This document shows positions 9,838 to 18,321 of a stretch of 20,000 bases of DNA, piece after piece. The notes beneath the pieces are model-generated. The model saw only the letters and a program-made list of their open reading frames with translations, made no database searches and was not told the DNA's origin. The first letter of the stretch is position 1. Every line of letters begins with the position of its first letter. The stretch is from Myxococcota bacterium (GTDB taxonomy: Bacteria; Myxococcota_C; UBA6777): contig JAKLKB010000012.1 of assembly GCA_023150835.1 (NCBI GenBank), forward strand, positions 60,858 through 80,857, in the 5' to 3' direction. A program made the translations under genes and the position numbers.

Positions 9838-10548
9838 ATGCTCTCTACCCTACGCATCCTTTTTCTCGGCCTTGTCCTTGGACTCCCTCAATGGGCCTTG
9901 GCCTCCACACAAGAACCCTTACAACTACTCAAAGATACACAGAAAAAGCTCAAAGCCATCTTGGATCGCAAGATCCCCAAAGAAGACAAAAAAGCCCGCG
10001 AAGCCCGCGACAACGAAATAAAATCACTCTTTCGGCCTTTTTTTGATTTCAAAAAACTCGCAAAAAAAGCCCTCCAAACCCACTGGGACAAGCTCAAACC
10101 CGAACAACACTCCGAATACCTCTTCTGGCTTGAAGCCCTCCTTGAAAATGTCTCCAGCCAAAACATCAACCCCGAAGAAGAAGAAAACGCTGACGAACCC
10201 CAGATCCAATACAAAAAACAAACTTTCCAAGACAACAACACCAAAGCCACCGTCTTTACAGAAGTTCGCGTCCCCCGAAAAAAGAAAAAAGGCAGCACCC
10301 AAAAACGCTGGCGAAAAATCAACGTCGATTGGCTCTTTTACCGCAACAACAACAAGTGGATGGTCGAAGACCTGATCACCAACGAAGAAAGCCTCGCTGA
10401 AAATTACCGCGAACAGTTCGACAAGATCATCAGCAAACACTCCTTCGCCGAACTGATCAAACGCCTCCAAAAACAAGTCAACAAACTGCGCGACAAAGAC
10501 GGACTCCCCGCCCTCTCCTACACCCCCAAAACCTCTTCCCCCGAATAA
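9838..10548 (+). CDS. MlaC/Ttg2D-family periplasmic lipid-binding protein
   Basis: Signal peptide MLSTLRILFLGLVLGLPQWALA. FDFKKLAKKALQTHW and WMVEDLITNEESLAENYREQFDKII match the MlaC pattern. GGAG precedes ATG 9838; the ORF-track start at 9613 overlaps tolC. Confidence 0.85.
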   Translation: MLSTLRILFLGLVLGLPQWALASTQEPLQLLKDTQKKLKAILDRKIPKEDKKAREARDNEIKSLFRPFFDFKKLAKKALQTHWDKLKPEQHSEYLFWLEALLENVSSQNINPEEEENADEPQIQYKKQTFQDNNTKATVFTEVRVPRKKKKGSTQKRWRKINVDWLFYRNNNKWMVEDLITNEESLAENYREQFDKIISKHSFAELIKRLQKQVNKLRDKDGLPALSYTPKTSSPE

Positions 10549-10654
10549 TCCGATCTATCCAACGAAATCCGCACACGGTGTGATCTCGGATCTCGTATCA
10601 TACGATATCCGTGTGATGTGTGATCGAAGGGTCGTGCGTAGACACCCGATTGTT

Positions 10655-10680
10655 GGGCAGCCACACCTGTCTGCCCCTAC
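10655..10680 (-). repeat. GTAG-type REP-like palindrome
   Basis: Minus strand GTAGGGGCAGACAGGTGTGGCTGCCC (GTAG followed by an imperfect palindrome). Related copies at 12657-12682 and 12917-12931. Confidence 0.65.
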
Positions 10681-10712
10681 GTTTTGCGATCACACGCCCT
10701 GCGGATCTCGTA

Positions 10713-12365
10713 TCACACGCTGTCTTTGTCCTCCGAAGCTCCGCTCTCTTCGCCATCAGGCCCCTTTAACTTACGAAGCAACGTGTTTCGACCGATGCCA
10801 AGGACTCTTGCGCACTCGGTGCGATTTCCGTTGTAGCGTTGAAGCAAAAATTGGATGTAGCGGTTCTCCAACTCCCGCAACGTCGGCTCATCCTCAAAAG
10901 GATGCGCTGGCATCGACACTCGCGCAGGGGGCGTCGTGGGCCCAAGCAGCATCGACGAGGCCGACGAGATGCCCCGCCAAAACACCTCTTCTTCCTGATG
11001 TCCAACAGCAAACGGAGGCTTGGCTTCGGCCTCTTGGTCTTCGAGACTCGGTAGCATCAAACTTTGCAGCGTGATCACACCATCAGAGAAGATCACAGCG
11101 GATTCAAGGCAGTTTTCCAACTCGCGCACATTCCCGGGCCAATCGTACGAAAGCAAGCGTCGAAGGGCTTCTGGAGACAGGGTGCGCACATCCCGATGGT
11201 GCCGACGCGAAGCCGCATCAATAAAAAAGTTGATCAAGCGGATCAAGTCGTCTTTTCCGCGTGAACGCAGCGGCGGCATCTCGATCTGGACCACCCGCAG
11301 ACGATAATACAGATCTTCTCGAAATCGCCCCGCACGCACAAGCTGCTCAAGAGGCCGATTCGTCGCCGTTATAATGCGGATATCTGCTTTTTGCCGCTGT
11401 GACCCACCGACACGATGGTATGTGCGTTCTTGCAACAACGTCAGCAGCTTGCCTTGCATCAACGGAGGAAGATCGCCGATCTCATCAAGAAACAACGTCC
11501 CTCCCGACGCCATCTCGACTTTCCCTTTGTTGCTTGTGTGTGCGCCTGTGTACGCCCCGCGTTCGTGACCAAACAACTCGTTCTCGATCAGTCCTTCGGG
11601 CAACGTCGTGCAGTCCACTTGGATAAAAGGGCCGTTGTGCCGCGATGAATTGTGATGAAGCGCCCGCGCCACAAGACTCTTTCCTGTCCCGCTCTCTCCG
11701 CGCAAAAGCACCGTCGCATCGGTAGGAGCGACTCGACGGATCATCTGCAAGATCTCCCGCATCGAGGCCCCCTGCCCCACGAACATATTGATCCGATCTC
11801 CCAAAGGCAGCGGATCCACGACCTCTGTTGCGCCCATGTCGATCGATGGAACGTGTTCAGAGATCGGCAGATAGTTCGGCGCGTGTCCGATCGTCGTATC
11901 CCGCAACAGCGCAGACACTTCTTCCGCAAGCAACACAAAGCGTTCTTCGTCCGTTGCCGTAAAGATACCGTTCTGTTTATTCAGGAATTGCACCACACCG
12001 ATCAGCTTCTTTTGCGCGTCGTACAACGGACCTGACAGCATCGAAAGCGTGGTGTACCCCGTTTGCTGATCCACTTGTTGCCAAAATCGCTTGTCTTCTT
12101 GGCAGTATGGGATATTGACGAGCGCCCCCGTCCGCGCCACATACCCCGCGATCCCTTGATCGATCGGCACACGGATCTCTTTCATCTCAGGAAGATGCGC
12201 TGCCACGCTGATCAACTCGCTGCCTTGGGGGTTCAACAAAAAAATACTCGCCCGATCCGCTTCCAACATCGTCGCCATCTGATCCACGATGCTCTGCAAC
12301 AGCCGATCGGCCTGTAGTTCTTTGCGCAACACCGCCCACAATTCTTTGTGTAGGGCATTCATCAC
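10713..12365 (-). CDS. Sigma54-dependent transcriptional activator (GAF - AAA+ - Fis-type HTH)
   Basis: GAF domain with ADRASIFL and LNKQNGIFTATDE. Walker A GESGTGKS, ELFGHERGAYTGA, Walker B LFLDEIG, FREDLYYRL, WPGNVRELEN. HTH GNRTECARVLGIGRNTLLRKL. Confidence 0.96.
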   Translation of the reverse strand: MMNALHKELWAVLRKELQADRLLQSIVDQMATMLEADRASIFLLNPQGSELISVAAHLPEMKEIRVPIDQGIAGYVARTGALVNIPYCQEDKRFWQQVDQQTGYTTLSMLSGPLYDAQKKLIGVVQFLNKQNGIFTATDEERFVLLAEEVSALLRDTTIGHAPNYLPISEHVPSIDMGATEVVDPLPLGDRINMFVGQGASMREILQMIRRVAPTDATVLLRGESGTGKSLVARALHHNSSRHNGPFIQVDCTTLPEGLIENELFGHERGAYTGAHTSNKGKVEMASGGTLFLDEIGDLPPLMQGKLLTLLQERTYHRVGGSQRQKADIRIITATNRPLEQLVRAGRFREDLYYRLRVVQIEMPPLRSRGKDDLIRLINFFIDAASRRHHRDVRTLSPEALRRLLSYDWPGNVRELENCLESAVIFSDGVITLQSLMLPSLEDQEAEAKPPFAVGHQEEEVFWRGISSASSMLLGPTTPPARVSMPAHPFEDEPTLRELENRYIQFLLQRYNGNRTECARVLGIGRNTLLRKLKGPDGEESGASEDKDSV

Positions 12366-12635
12366 GAAAATCCCTTGTTTTCTCTAGAGTTGACTCGCTG
12401 TGGACAAGGCGTCGCAGCGCGTTTGTGTGCTATGTGTGCGCAGCCATCGCCCACCTGTCAAGGGGACAGATCCTTCGATTCCATGATTCCAAAAGGCGCA
12501 AAAAACACGGAGTTCAGCGCGGAGGGAGGAAAGAGTAGGTAGCCGACTTAACGGGGTAGCAAGAAAACTTCACACCATGATCCACCACCCAACGCGATTT
12601 ACACAATATCCGAGCGATGTACACAGCAAAGAAGA

Positions 12636-12682
12636 GTGCGTAGACGCCCTGTAATAGGGCAGCCGCAGGGGGCTGCCCCCAT
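12636..12682 (-). repeat. REP-like palindrome homologous to 10634-10680
   Basis: gtgcgtagacgccctgtaatagggcagccgcagggggctgccccc versus gtgcgtagacacccgattgttgggcagccacacctgtctgcccct. Confidence 0.65.
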
Positions 12683-12707
12683 AGGCGTTAGGTGAAGCGG
12701 AGGAAAG

Positions 12708-12857
12708 CCCCCCACCCCGCCCTCCCCCGTGAACAGGGGAGGGAGCGAACGTCGGAAGCATCGGGGATTTTGTTTTTTCATGACGCACGCTGTATGCACG
12801 AAATGCAGACGCTGCCCGTTCCAACTTCCCCCCGTGAACGGGGGGATTGAGGGGGGG
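12708..12857. repeat. Pair of G/C-run hairpin repeats sharing cccccgtgaac
   Basis: 12708-12745 (cccccaccccgccctcccccgtgaacaggggagggag) and 12825-12857 (perfect stem tccccccg-tgaa-cgggggga followed by ttgagggggg). Confidence 0.65.
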
Positions 12858-13022
12858 AGAAAAAAAAGGCGATCAAGACCGACTCTACGAGGTTTCCACC
12901 TTAACAAGGCGCGTATGGGGGCTGCCCCTACATCTTTACGATCGCACAACGGGCGGATTTCGTAGAAGAGGGTGTCTAACACAGCGATATCTTTTGGATA
13001 CGCATACATACTGGAGCCATCC

Positions 13023-13150
13023 GTAGGCAAAAAAGCCGTGTTCGCAAGCGTTCGAGCGGTAGATCTATTGGCTTTGAAAAAGGCTGCTCGTCCCATCTAT
13101 ACGGGGTCAAGGGAGCCGTGCTCCCTTGCGGGGCGTGGGGCAGCGCCCCA
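13023..13150 (-). repeat. Dispersed ~130-bp double-hairpin element, copy 2
   Basis: Reverse complement reads tggggcgctgccccacgccccgcaagggagcacggctcccttgaccccgtat...ccgctcgaacgcttgcgaacacggcttttttgcctac. Both hairpins are perfect in this copy. Confidence 0.8.
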
Positions 13151-13253
13151 CAAAAACAGTTCAACTGCGTAAGTTATCCAACGGGTGCTTAGAACGTGCT
13201 AGAGCGACACCGATCGCAGCGCCCCACAAAAACAGTTCAACTGCGTAAGTTAT
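13140..13253. repeat. Perfect 38-bp direct repeat x2 separated by 38 bp
   Basis: gcagcgccccacaaaaacagttcaactgcgtaagttat at 13140-13177 and 13216-13253. The second copy includes the stop codon of the MBL gene. Confidence 0.95.
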
Positions 13254-14137
13254 ATCTGGAGGGATAACCGAGAAGACAACGAAGCCGAAGAAAAACTCTT
13301 GGTGGAAAAGGACATCTGCAATTGATCACGGGCATTTTCGACGGCGACTTCGCCATTGGCTGCTTTTTGTGCGATCACCAACTTTTGATCGAGCTTTTCG
13401 TCGGTGTGTGTGGGGTCGTGATGCGTCAACATCAGATGCAAGACGCCTGCTTCTTTCGCCACAGCAACCGCATCCAACGGCGTCGAATGCCCAAAGCCAA
13501 CGCGGTTTTTGTAGTCTTCGGGAAAATATTGCGAATCCATAACCAACAGATCGGCTCCTTGCGCCAACTGCACCAATTCTTTGCGCGAGCCGCGCTGCAC
13601 TTCGACATCTCCCGATAGCACGATGCTCCGACCGCGATAATCAAGGCGATACGCTGTGTTTCCGGGCGAGTGACACAGTTCGCACCAACGGATCGTCAAC
13701 TCTCCTAGCTGCGCCTCCCCTTGCTGCGGGATATCCTTGAACATTAGCTGTGATGGCATGATATCGAGGCCCACAGGGAATGTGGGTTGTGTCATCTGCC
13801 GCGAGATCACGTCCCGCATCGTCGCACCGCTTCGAGGCGTCGCCCAAAACGAATAACGCCCCGCTGGATGAAAGAATGGCCCAAAGAACGGGAACCCTTG
13901 GATGTGATCCCAGTGCATATGCGTCTGCAAAAACAGCGCTTCATAGCTCCGACCGCTCCAGTTCTTCCCCAACTCTGTCAGTCCTGTCCCACAATCGACG
14001 ATCACGCGCTTGGGCGTGTCTTCTTCGGCATCTTCAAACGACAACTCGACGCAGGTCGTCGCCCCGCCGTAACGCTGGAACTCTGGACCCGAAACAGGGA
14101 TGCTGCCGCGTGTTCCCCACAGGGTAAGCGTGATCAT
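13250..14137 (-). CDS. MBL-fold metallo-hydrolase (RNase Z/PhnP-like, possible phosphodiesterase)
   Basis: WGTRGSIP, YGGATTCVE, VDCGTG, metal motif THMHWDH, SGD, GHST, THHDP. Start is ATG 14137 (GGAGG 5 nt upstream) or ATG 14170. The ORF-track start at 14293 lies upstream of the predicted promoter. Confidence 0.9.
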   Translation of the reverse strand: MITLTLWGTRGSIPVSGPEFQRYGGATTCVELSFEDAEEDTPKRVIVDCGTGLTELGKNWSGRSYEALFLQTHMHWDHIQGFPFFGPFFHPAGRYSFWATPRSGATMRDVISRQMTQPTFPVGLDIMPSQLMFKDIPQQGEAQLGELTIRWCELCHSPGNTAYRLDYRGRSIVLSGDVEVQRGSRKELVQLAQGADLLVMDSQYFPEDYKNRVGFGHSTPLDAVAVAKEAGVLHLMLTHHDPTHTDEKLDQKLVIAQKAANGEVAVENARDQLQMSFSTKSFSSASLSSRLSLQI

Positions 14138-14230
14138 CGTTTCCTCCGTTGGGTGGCTCGTATGACTCATGACAGCCCCCTTCTTTTCGTTACAGGTAAA
14201 CCGCTTCGACGGTAAGTGGTTTGGCATAAA

Positions 14231-14247
14231 AGCAAACAAAATGCCGA
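14231..14247 (-). promoter_or_regulatory. Putative sigma54 (-24/-12) promoter of the MBL hydrolase gene
   Basis: Minus strand TCGGCATTTTGTTTGCT has GG(14245-44)-N10-GC(14233-32). Confidence 0.6.
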
Positions 14248-14332
14248 CTTCTGCCATTCTGTCCAAAAGCAGCTTATCTTCAAAGGCAAACAAGAATTCA
14301 CTTTCTTTTTGTGCAGATCCTCAACGTGCCCA

Positions 14333-14426
14333 TACGATCCGTTTTGGAACACCTCTGCCTCCTTCTGCGATCCGTTTTGGATCACTTCGCCCGCCTCTCG
14401 GCCTGCGCGTCCCATCTTGGATCGCA
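14333..14426. promoter_or_regulatory. Candidate upstream activator sequences (2 clear + 1 degenerate dyad site)
   Basis: cgatccgttttgga at 14335-14348 and 14368-14381 (33 bp apart; the second is the dyad gatcc-N5-ggatc). A weaker site cgtcccatcttggatcg lies at 14408-14424. All are ~90-180 bp upstream of the -24 element. Confidence 0.5.
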
Positions 14427-14731
14427 CGTTCAGCCTACGTTTTCTCATTTCGAGAACATCTCGCCGCTCGCTGCTTGTACGCACTCACCCAACAAAAAAC
14501 GGCAACATAGATCACGCTGATGCTTGAGCAAGCAAACAGCATAAAACAACCGATGCAAAAAAAACAAGACGGGTTCAGTACGCCGCCGCAAAAAGCCGCT
14601 CAACACATTGCCCACAAAGACTTTTTTTTTGTGTGTCTCAAGATGGGATAGGCGTACAAAGAGGAAAGAGGAACAGGAAACAGGAAAGAACGAGCCGATC
14701 AAGAAGCAGACAGATCACGCAAACAAGCGGG

Positions 14732-17104
14732 TCAAGGAGCGCGGCATCCTTCGCGGGTACAAAGTCCCAAAAAGTCTGTCGAAACGCACTTACGGACATA
14801 ACCACACACACAAGCGGGCGGATCGCCGCAGATACCCAACGTGCAACCCTCATCCGGCGGTTGATTGCACGTCCGACAAGCCCCCGACGAACATTGCCAA
14901 CCGACGCTGCACAGGTTCCCTTCGTCGGTCGTCCCGTCGCAATCGTCATCCAGACCGTTGCAGGTCTCACCTCGTGAAAAGGTGATCTGAACGCATTGCA
15001 GGCTACCGCTGCGGCATTCGAGACGCCCTGTCGCACAGATCCCACGAAGATTCGTCAACGGACAAGAGGCCCCTCCGCCCGGATTGTTTTCATCCACAAC
15101 GCCATCGCAATCGTTGTCTTGGCTGTCGCACACTTCGGTGGATGGCAGGGTCTGGTTGGTACAAGGCCCCCAGCGGCCTGAGACACAGATCTGCGTACCG
15201 CTGCGGCAGTTTCCGCGATTGAGTGTGCCCGAAGGCCCCGTATAACAAGAGCGGCTTTGGCCCGGGACACACTCGCAGGGCGGATCTTCGTCGATCTGGC
15301 CGTTGCAGTTGTTGTCTTTCCCATCGCCGCAAACTTCGGTGACAGGCTGATTCTTGGAGAGACACGCCAATTGGCCGTTGACGCAAGCTTGCGAGCCTGC
15401 TTTGCACTCGCCCAGTTTGCCCGAGACATCGCAGTTTCGGCCTTTTTCGGGAAAGTCATCATCGACGGTCCCATCGCAGTTATCATCCAAGCCGTTGCAG
15501 ATCTCGTTGGTGGCTTGTTTGTTGGCGACACAAGCAAATGTCCCTCCGACGCAGCGCAGCGCACCGTCTCGACAGATCCCCTGCCCTGTGGTCAGGCAAG
15601 CGATCCCGGGGACGATCCCGTCATCCACTTGGCCGTTGCAATCGTTGTCTTTGTTGTCGCACACCTCCGCCGAAGCAAGCACACTGCCTGTACAGGCCGC
15701 CCATTGGGCATTTTGGCAGATCTGCGTGCCATCTTTGCACTCACCTTTTCCGCGATTGGCCGCAGGCCCCCCGAAACAAGGCTGAGACAGCGCGCTCGTA
15801 GTGGTGGGCTGGTTGTCGACTTGCCCGTCACAATCGTTATCCAAGCCATCGCAGATCTCGATCCCGGGGGCGACTTCGCCTTGGCAGGCTTGCCAACGAC
15901 CGAGCTTACATTCTTGTGCGCCCGCTTTGCAGATACCGAGGCATTGAAACGCGCCGTTGCTATCGGCCTTGCAACCGAGGCTTCCTGCGTAGCAGGGTCG
16001 CGAAAGCGAAAGCTGGCTTCCGCGTTGGTTGTCGATCTGTCCGTCGCAGTCGTCATCTAAACCGTTGCAAGACTCTTCTATCGGCGTGATCTCTCCTTGG
16101 CAAGCCCCCCATTGCCCACCAACGCATCGCTTTGTCCCTGACTTACATTCGCCCTTCTTCTCGGTCTCTGCGGGGCCGCTATAACAGCTTTGTACCAACG
16201 GGCGGTTCGGATCTTGTGGATCGTTGTCGATATTCCCGTCGCAATCGTTGTCTTTGCCGTCGCAATCCTCGATCGTCGGCTGTGTTTGCTGTTGGCAAGC
16301 GCTGTCTTCTTCCCACTTGCCTTCGCGGCAAAGCACAAAGCCATCCTTACATTCGCCCTTGCTTCGGGTATTGGCGGGGCCGTTATAACAGGGCTTTTGC
16401 AAGGGCTTTTGTTCGCCTTTGATGTTGTCGATCTTCCCGTCGCAATCGTTGTCTTTGCCGTCGCACACTTCTTCGGCGGGTTTGACCTCGCCTTCGCAGT
16501 CCGTCCACACGCCGCTTTTGCAACGCTGGATGCCTTTTTTGCACTCCCCTTCGCTGCTTTCGCCGCAAGCACGGGTCTCTTCGGGCTGACAGCAGTTCGG
16601 CACGCCTTCGTCGATCGTACCATCGCAGTTGTTGTCTTTTCCGTCGCAGACCTCGGCTTCGGGTTCTTTCGAGCCGATGCACTTGTCCCACAAACCCGCA
16701 ACACAACGCTGTATCCCTTCGACACATTCGCCGCGCTGGATGCCGCATTTCCGCTCTTTTCCGTCAAGACAGACGCAGTTTTCTTCGTCGATCTTCCCGT
16801 CGCAGTTGTCGTCTTTCCCGTTGTCACAGATCTCTCGGCGTCCCGGATAGACCGAAGGATCGTTGTCATCGCAGTCTTTGTTGCGCGAAAAGCCGTCTCC
16901 GTCGTTGTCCGCTTTCAAGCACTTTCCGTCTTGGCAGATCTGTTCGTTGGTGCATTGGCTGTCGTCTTCGCACTGATAAGTCTTGACGCTTGGCGCGTTG
17001 TCGCAAGCCGAGAGCAGCGCAGGCAAACAACACAGCCCGACGAGGATACACCAGCGCATCCTTCCCAATAAACGCAAAAAAGAAGGTCTCGGATATCCTG
17101 CCAT
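14732..17104 (-). CDS. Cys/Asp-rich repeat lipoprotein (MopE-like putative metal-binding motif repeats), ~790 aa
   Basis: Eleven copies of E-x-C-[DN]-G-x-D-[ND]-[DN]-C-[DN]-G-x-x-D (some variant), plus DNDGDGF...DCDDNDPSVYPG. Lipobox LSAC follows a hydrophobic stretch. AAGGAG precedes ATG 17104. Confidence 0.88.
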   Translation of the reverse strand: MAGYPRPSFLRLLGRMRWCILVGLCCLPALLSACDNAPSVKTYQCEDDSQCTNEQICQDGKCLKADNDGDGFSRNKDCDDNDPSVYPGRREICDNGKDDNCDGKIDEENCVCLDGKERKCGIQRGECVEGIQRCVAGLWDKCIGSKEPEAEVCDGKDNNCDGTIDEGVPNCCQPEETRACGESSEGECKKGIQRCKSGVWTDCEGEVKPAEEVCDGKDNDCDGKIDNIKGEQKPLQKPCYNGPANTRSKGECKDGFVLCREGKWEEDSACQQQTQPTIEDCDGKDNDCDGNIDNDPQDPNRPLVQSCYSGPAETEKKGECKSGTKRCVGGQWGACQGEITPIEESCNGLDDDCDGQIDNQRGSQLSLSRPCYAGSLGCKADSNGAFQCLGICKAGAQECKLGRWQACQGEVAPGIEICDGLDNDCDGQVDNQPTTTSALSQPCFGGPAANRGKGECKDGTQICQNAQWAACTGSVLASAEVCDNKDNDCNGQVDDGIVPGIACLTTGQGICRDGALRCVGGTFACVANKQATNEICNGLDDNCDGTVDDDFPEKGRNCDVSGKLGECKAGSQACVNGQLACLSKNQPVTEVCGDGKDNNCNGQIDEDPPCECVPGQSRSCYTGPSGTLNRGNCRSGTQICVSGRWGPCTNQTLPSTEVCDSQDNDCDGVVDENNPGGGASCPLTNLRGICATGRLECRSGSLQCVQITFSRGETCNGLDDDCDGTTDEGNLCSVGWQCSSGACRTCNQPPDEGCTLGICGDPPACVCGYVRKCVSTDFLGLCTREGCRAP

Positions 17105-17253
17105 GAGTTGCTCCTTCGTGTTGCAAAAAAGCGGGGAACCGTTCAAAGACCAAAGTCTACGCCATCTCAAAAGATTTTTCCAGAACACATCCATCCTCAA
17201 AAGCGCCACATCCCCAAACAGACCAGCACAGCCGCTTTTTGGTCTCGTGTGGG

Positions 17254-17282
17254 TGGACAAAACCAGCCGATTGCGATACAAC
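17254..17282 (+). promoter_or_regulatory. Possible sigma70 promoter for the WYL gene
   Basis: TGGACA-N17-TACAAC, about 40 bp upstream of ATG 17322. Confidence 0.3.
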
Positions 17283-17321
17283 CAACCCCTTTGGAGCGAA
17301 TGAAAAACAGGAGCATGGTCG

Positions 17322-18302
17322 ATGTCGAGAGTTGAACAGATCCCTCGCCAATGGCGGATACTCAAACGTTTGGAAGCCCACCGTTTCGGACTGACCGCTG
17401 CCGATCTCGCAGAAGTCGAAGAATGTCCGATCCGCACCATCTACCGAGACCTCGCCGACTTGGAAGAAGCGGGCTTCCCCCTCGTCCAAGAAAAACGCGG
17501 CAAAAGTTCGTTGTGGAAGTTGGCCTTCCTCAAAAACGGCCCTCAGATCCCTTTCGAGTTTAGCGAGATCTACGCTCTGCTGTTGAGCCGAAGCCTGATG
17601 CGCTTGCTCGAAGGCACCGAGTTTTTCGAGTCGATCAACTCGGTCTTTGAAAAGGTCCGTTCCACCCTCCCCCCCGGCGTCCTCGAACACCTCGAACAGT
17701 TTGAATCCAAGGTCTTTGTCCGCCAAAACCGCAGTCAAGTCGCCTCGCGCTTTTCCGCCTTCCTCCCGATCATCAACAAAGCCCTCGAAGTCTCCGAGAC
17801 TTTGGAGATGGTGTACTTTACCCCGGGCAAAAATGAAAACACCACCCGCCAACTCGATCCCTATCGCTTGTGGATTCAAGACGGCGTGATGTATCTGATC
17901 GGCTTTTGCCATCTACGCCGCGATATCCGCACCTTCAACCTGTCGCGCATCCGCGAACTCAAACCCACAGGCCAAAAATTCGACGAAGACGAAACCTTCG
18001 ATATCGAAGCCTACCTCGCTGGCGGCTTTCGTGTCATGACGGGCGATATCATGGATATCTCTGTGCGCTTTGACCCCGATGTCCGCCACCTCGCCGAAGA
18101 ACGCATCTGGCACGATACCCAAGAGATCATCGAAGAACCCAACGGCAGTGTCCTCTTGCGCTTCCGCGCCTCTGGACTCGTCGAGATCAAAAGCTGGCTC
18201 CTCGCCTTCGGACCCCGCGTCGAAGTCCTCGAACCCAAAGCACTCCGCGACGCCGTCATCGAAGACCTCCGCAAATCTTTCGACCGCTACAATCTCTCCT
18301 AA
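17322..18302 (+). CDS. WYL-domain transcriptional regulator (wHTH-WYL-WCX; YafY/PafBC-like)
   Basis: HTH LTAADLAEVEECPIRTIYRDLADLEEAG. WYL RQLDPYRL...MYLIGFCHLRRDIRTFNLSRI. WCX EIKSWLLAFGPRVEVLEPKALR. AGGAG lies upstream. Confidence 0.95.
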   Translation: MSRVEQIPRQWRILKRLEAHRFGLTAADLAEVEECPIRTIYRDLADLEEAGFPLVQEKRGKSSLWKLAFLKNGPQIPFEFSEIYALLLSRSLMRLLEGTEFFESINSVFEKVRSTLPPGVLEHLEQFESKVFVRQNRSQVASRFSAFLPIINKALEVSETLEMVYFTPGKNENTTRQLDPYRLWIQDGVMYLIGFCHLRRDIRTFNLSRIRELKPTGQKFDEDETFDIEAYLAGGFRVMTGDIMDISVRFDPDVRHLAEERIWHDTQEIIEEPNGSVLLRFRASGLVEIKSWLLAFGPRVEVLEPKALRDAVIEDLRKSFDRYNLS

Positions 18303-18321
18303 CCTCTTGGATTGTTGGTTA

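Noticed and set aside
12570-13172. Small ORFs in the repeat-rich spacer
   Set aside because: They are translations of repeat elements (the same GALPHxPQGS peptide appears at 6536-6772) and have no protein-family features.
13140-13253. CRISPR array
   Set aside because: Only two repeats, no palindrome, leader or cas genes, and the repeats overlap a stop codon and another repeat element.
14732-17104. Diversity-generating retroelement target/template pair among the repeats
   Set aside because: No reverse transcriptase in the window, and I saw no repeat pair differing only at adenines.
17105-17440. 112-aa N-terminal extension of the Cys-rich protein given by the ORF track
   Set aside because: It overlaps the divergent WYL gene. 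ATG 17104 has a strong RBS and is followed by the lipoprotein signal.
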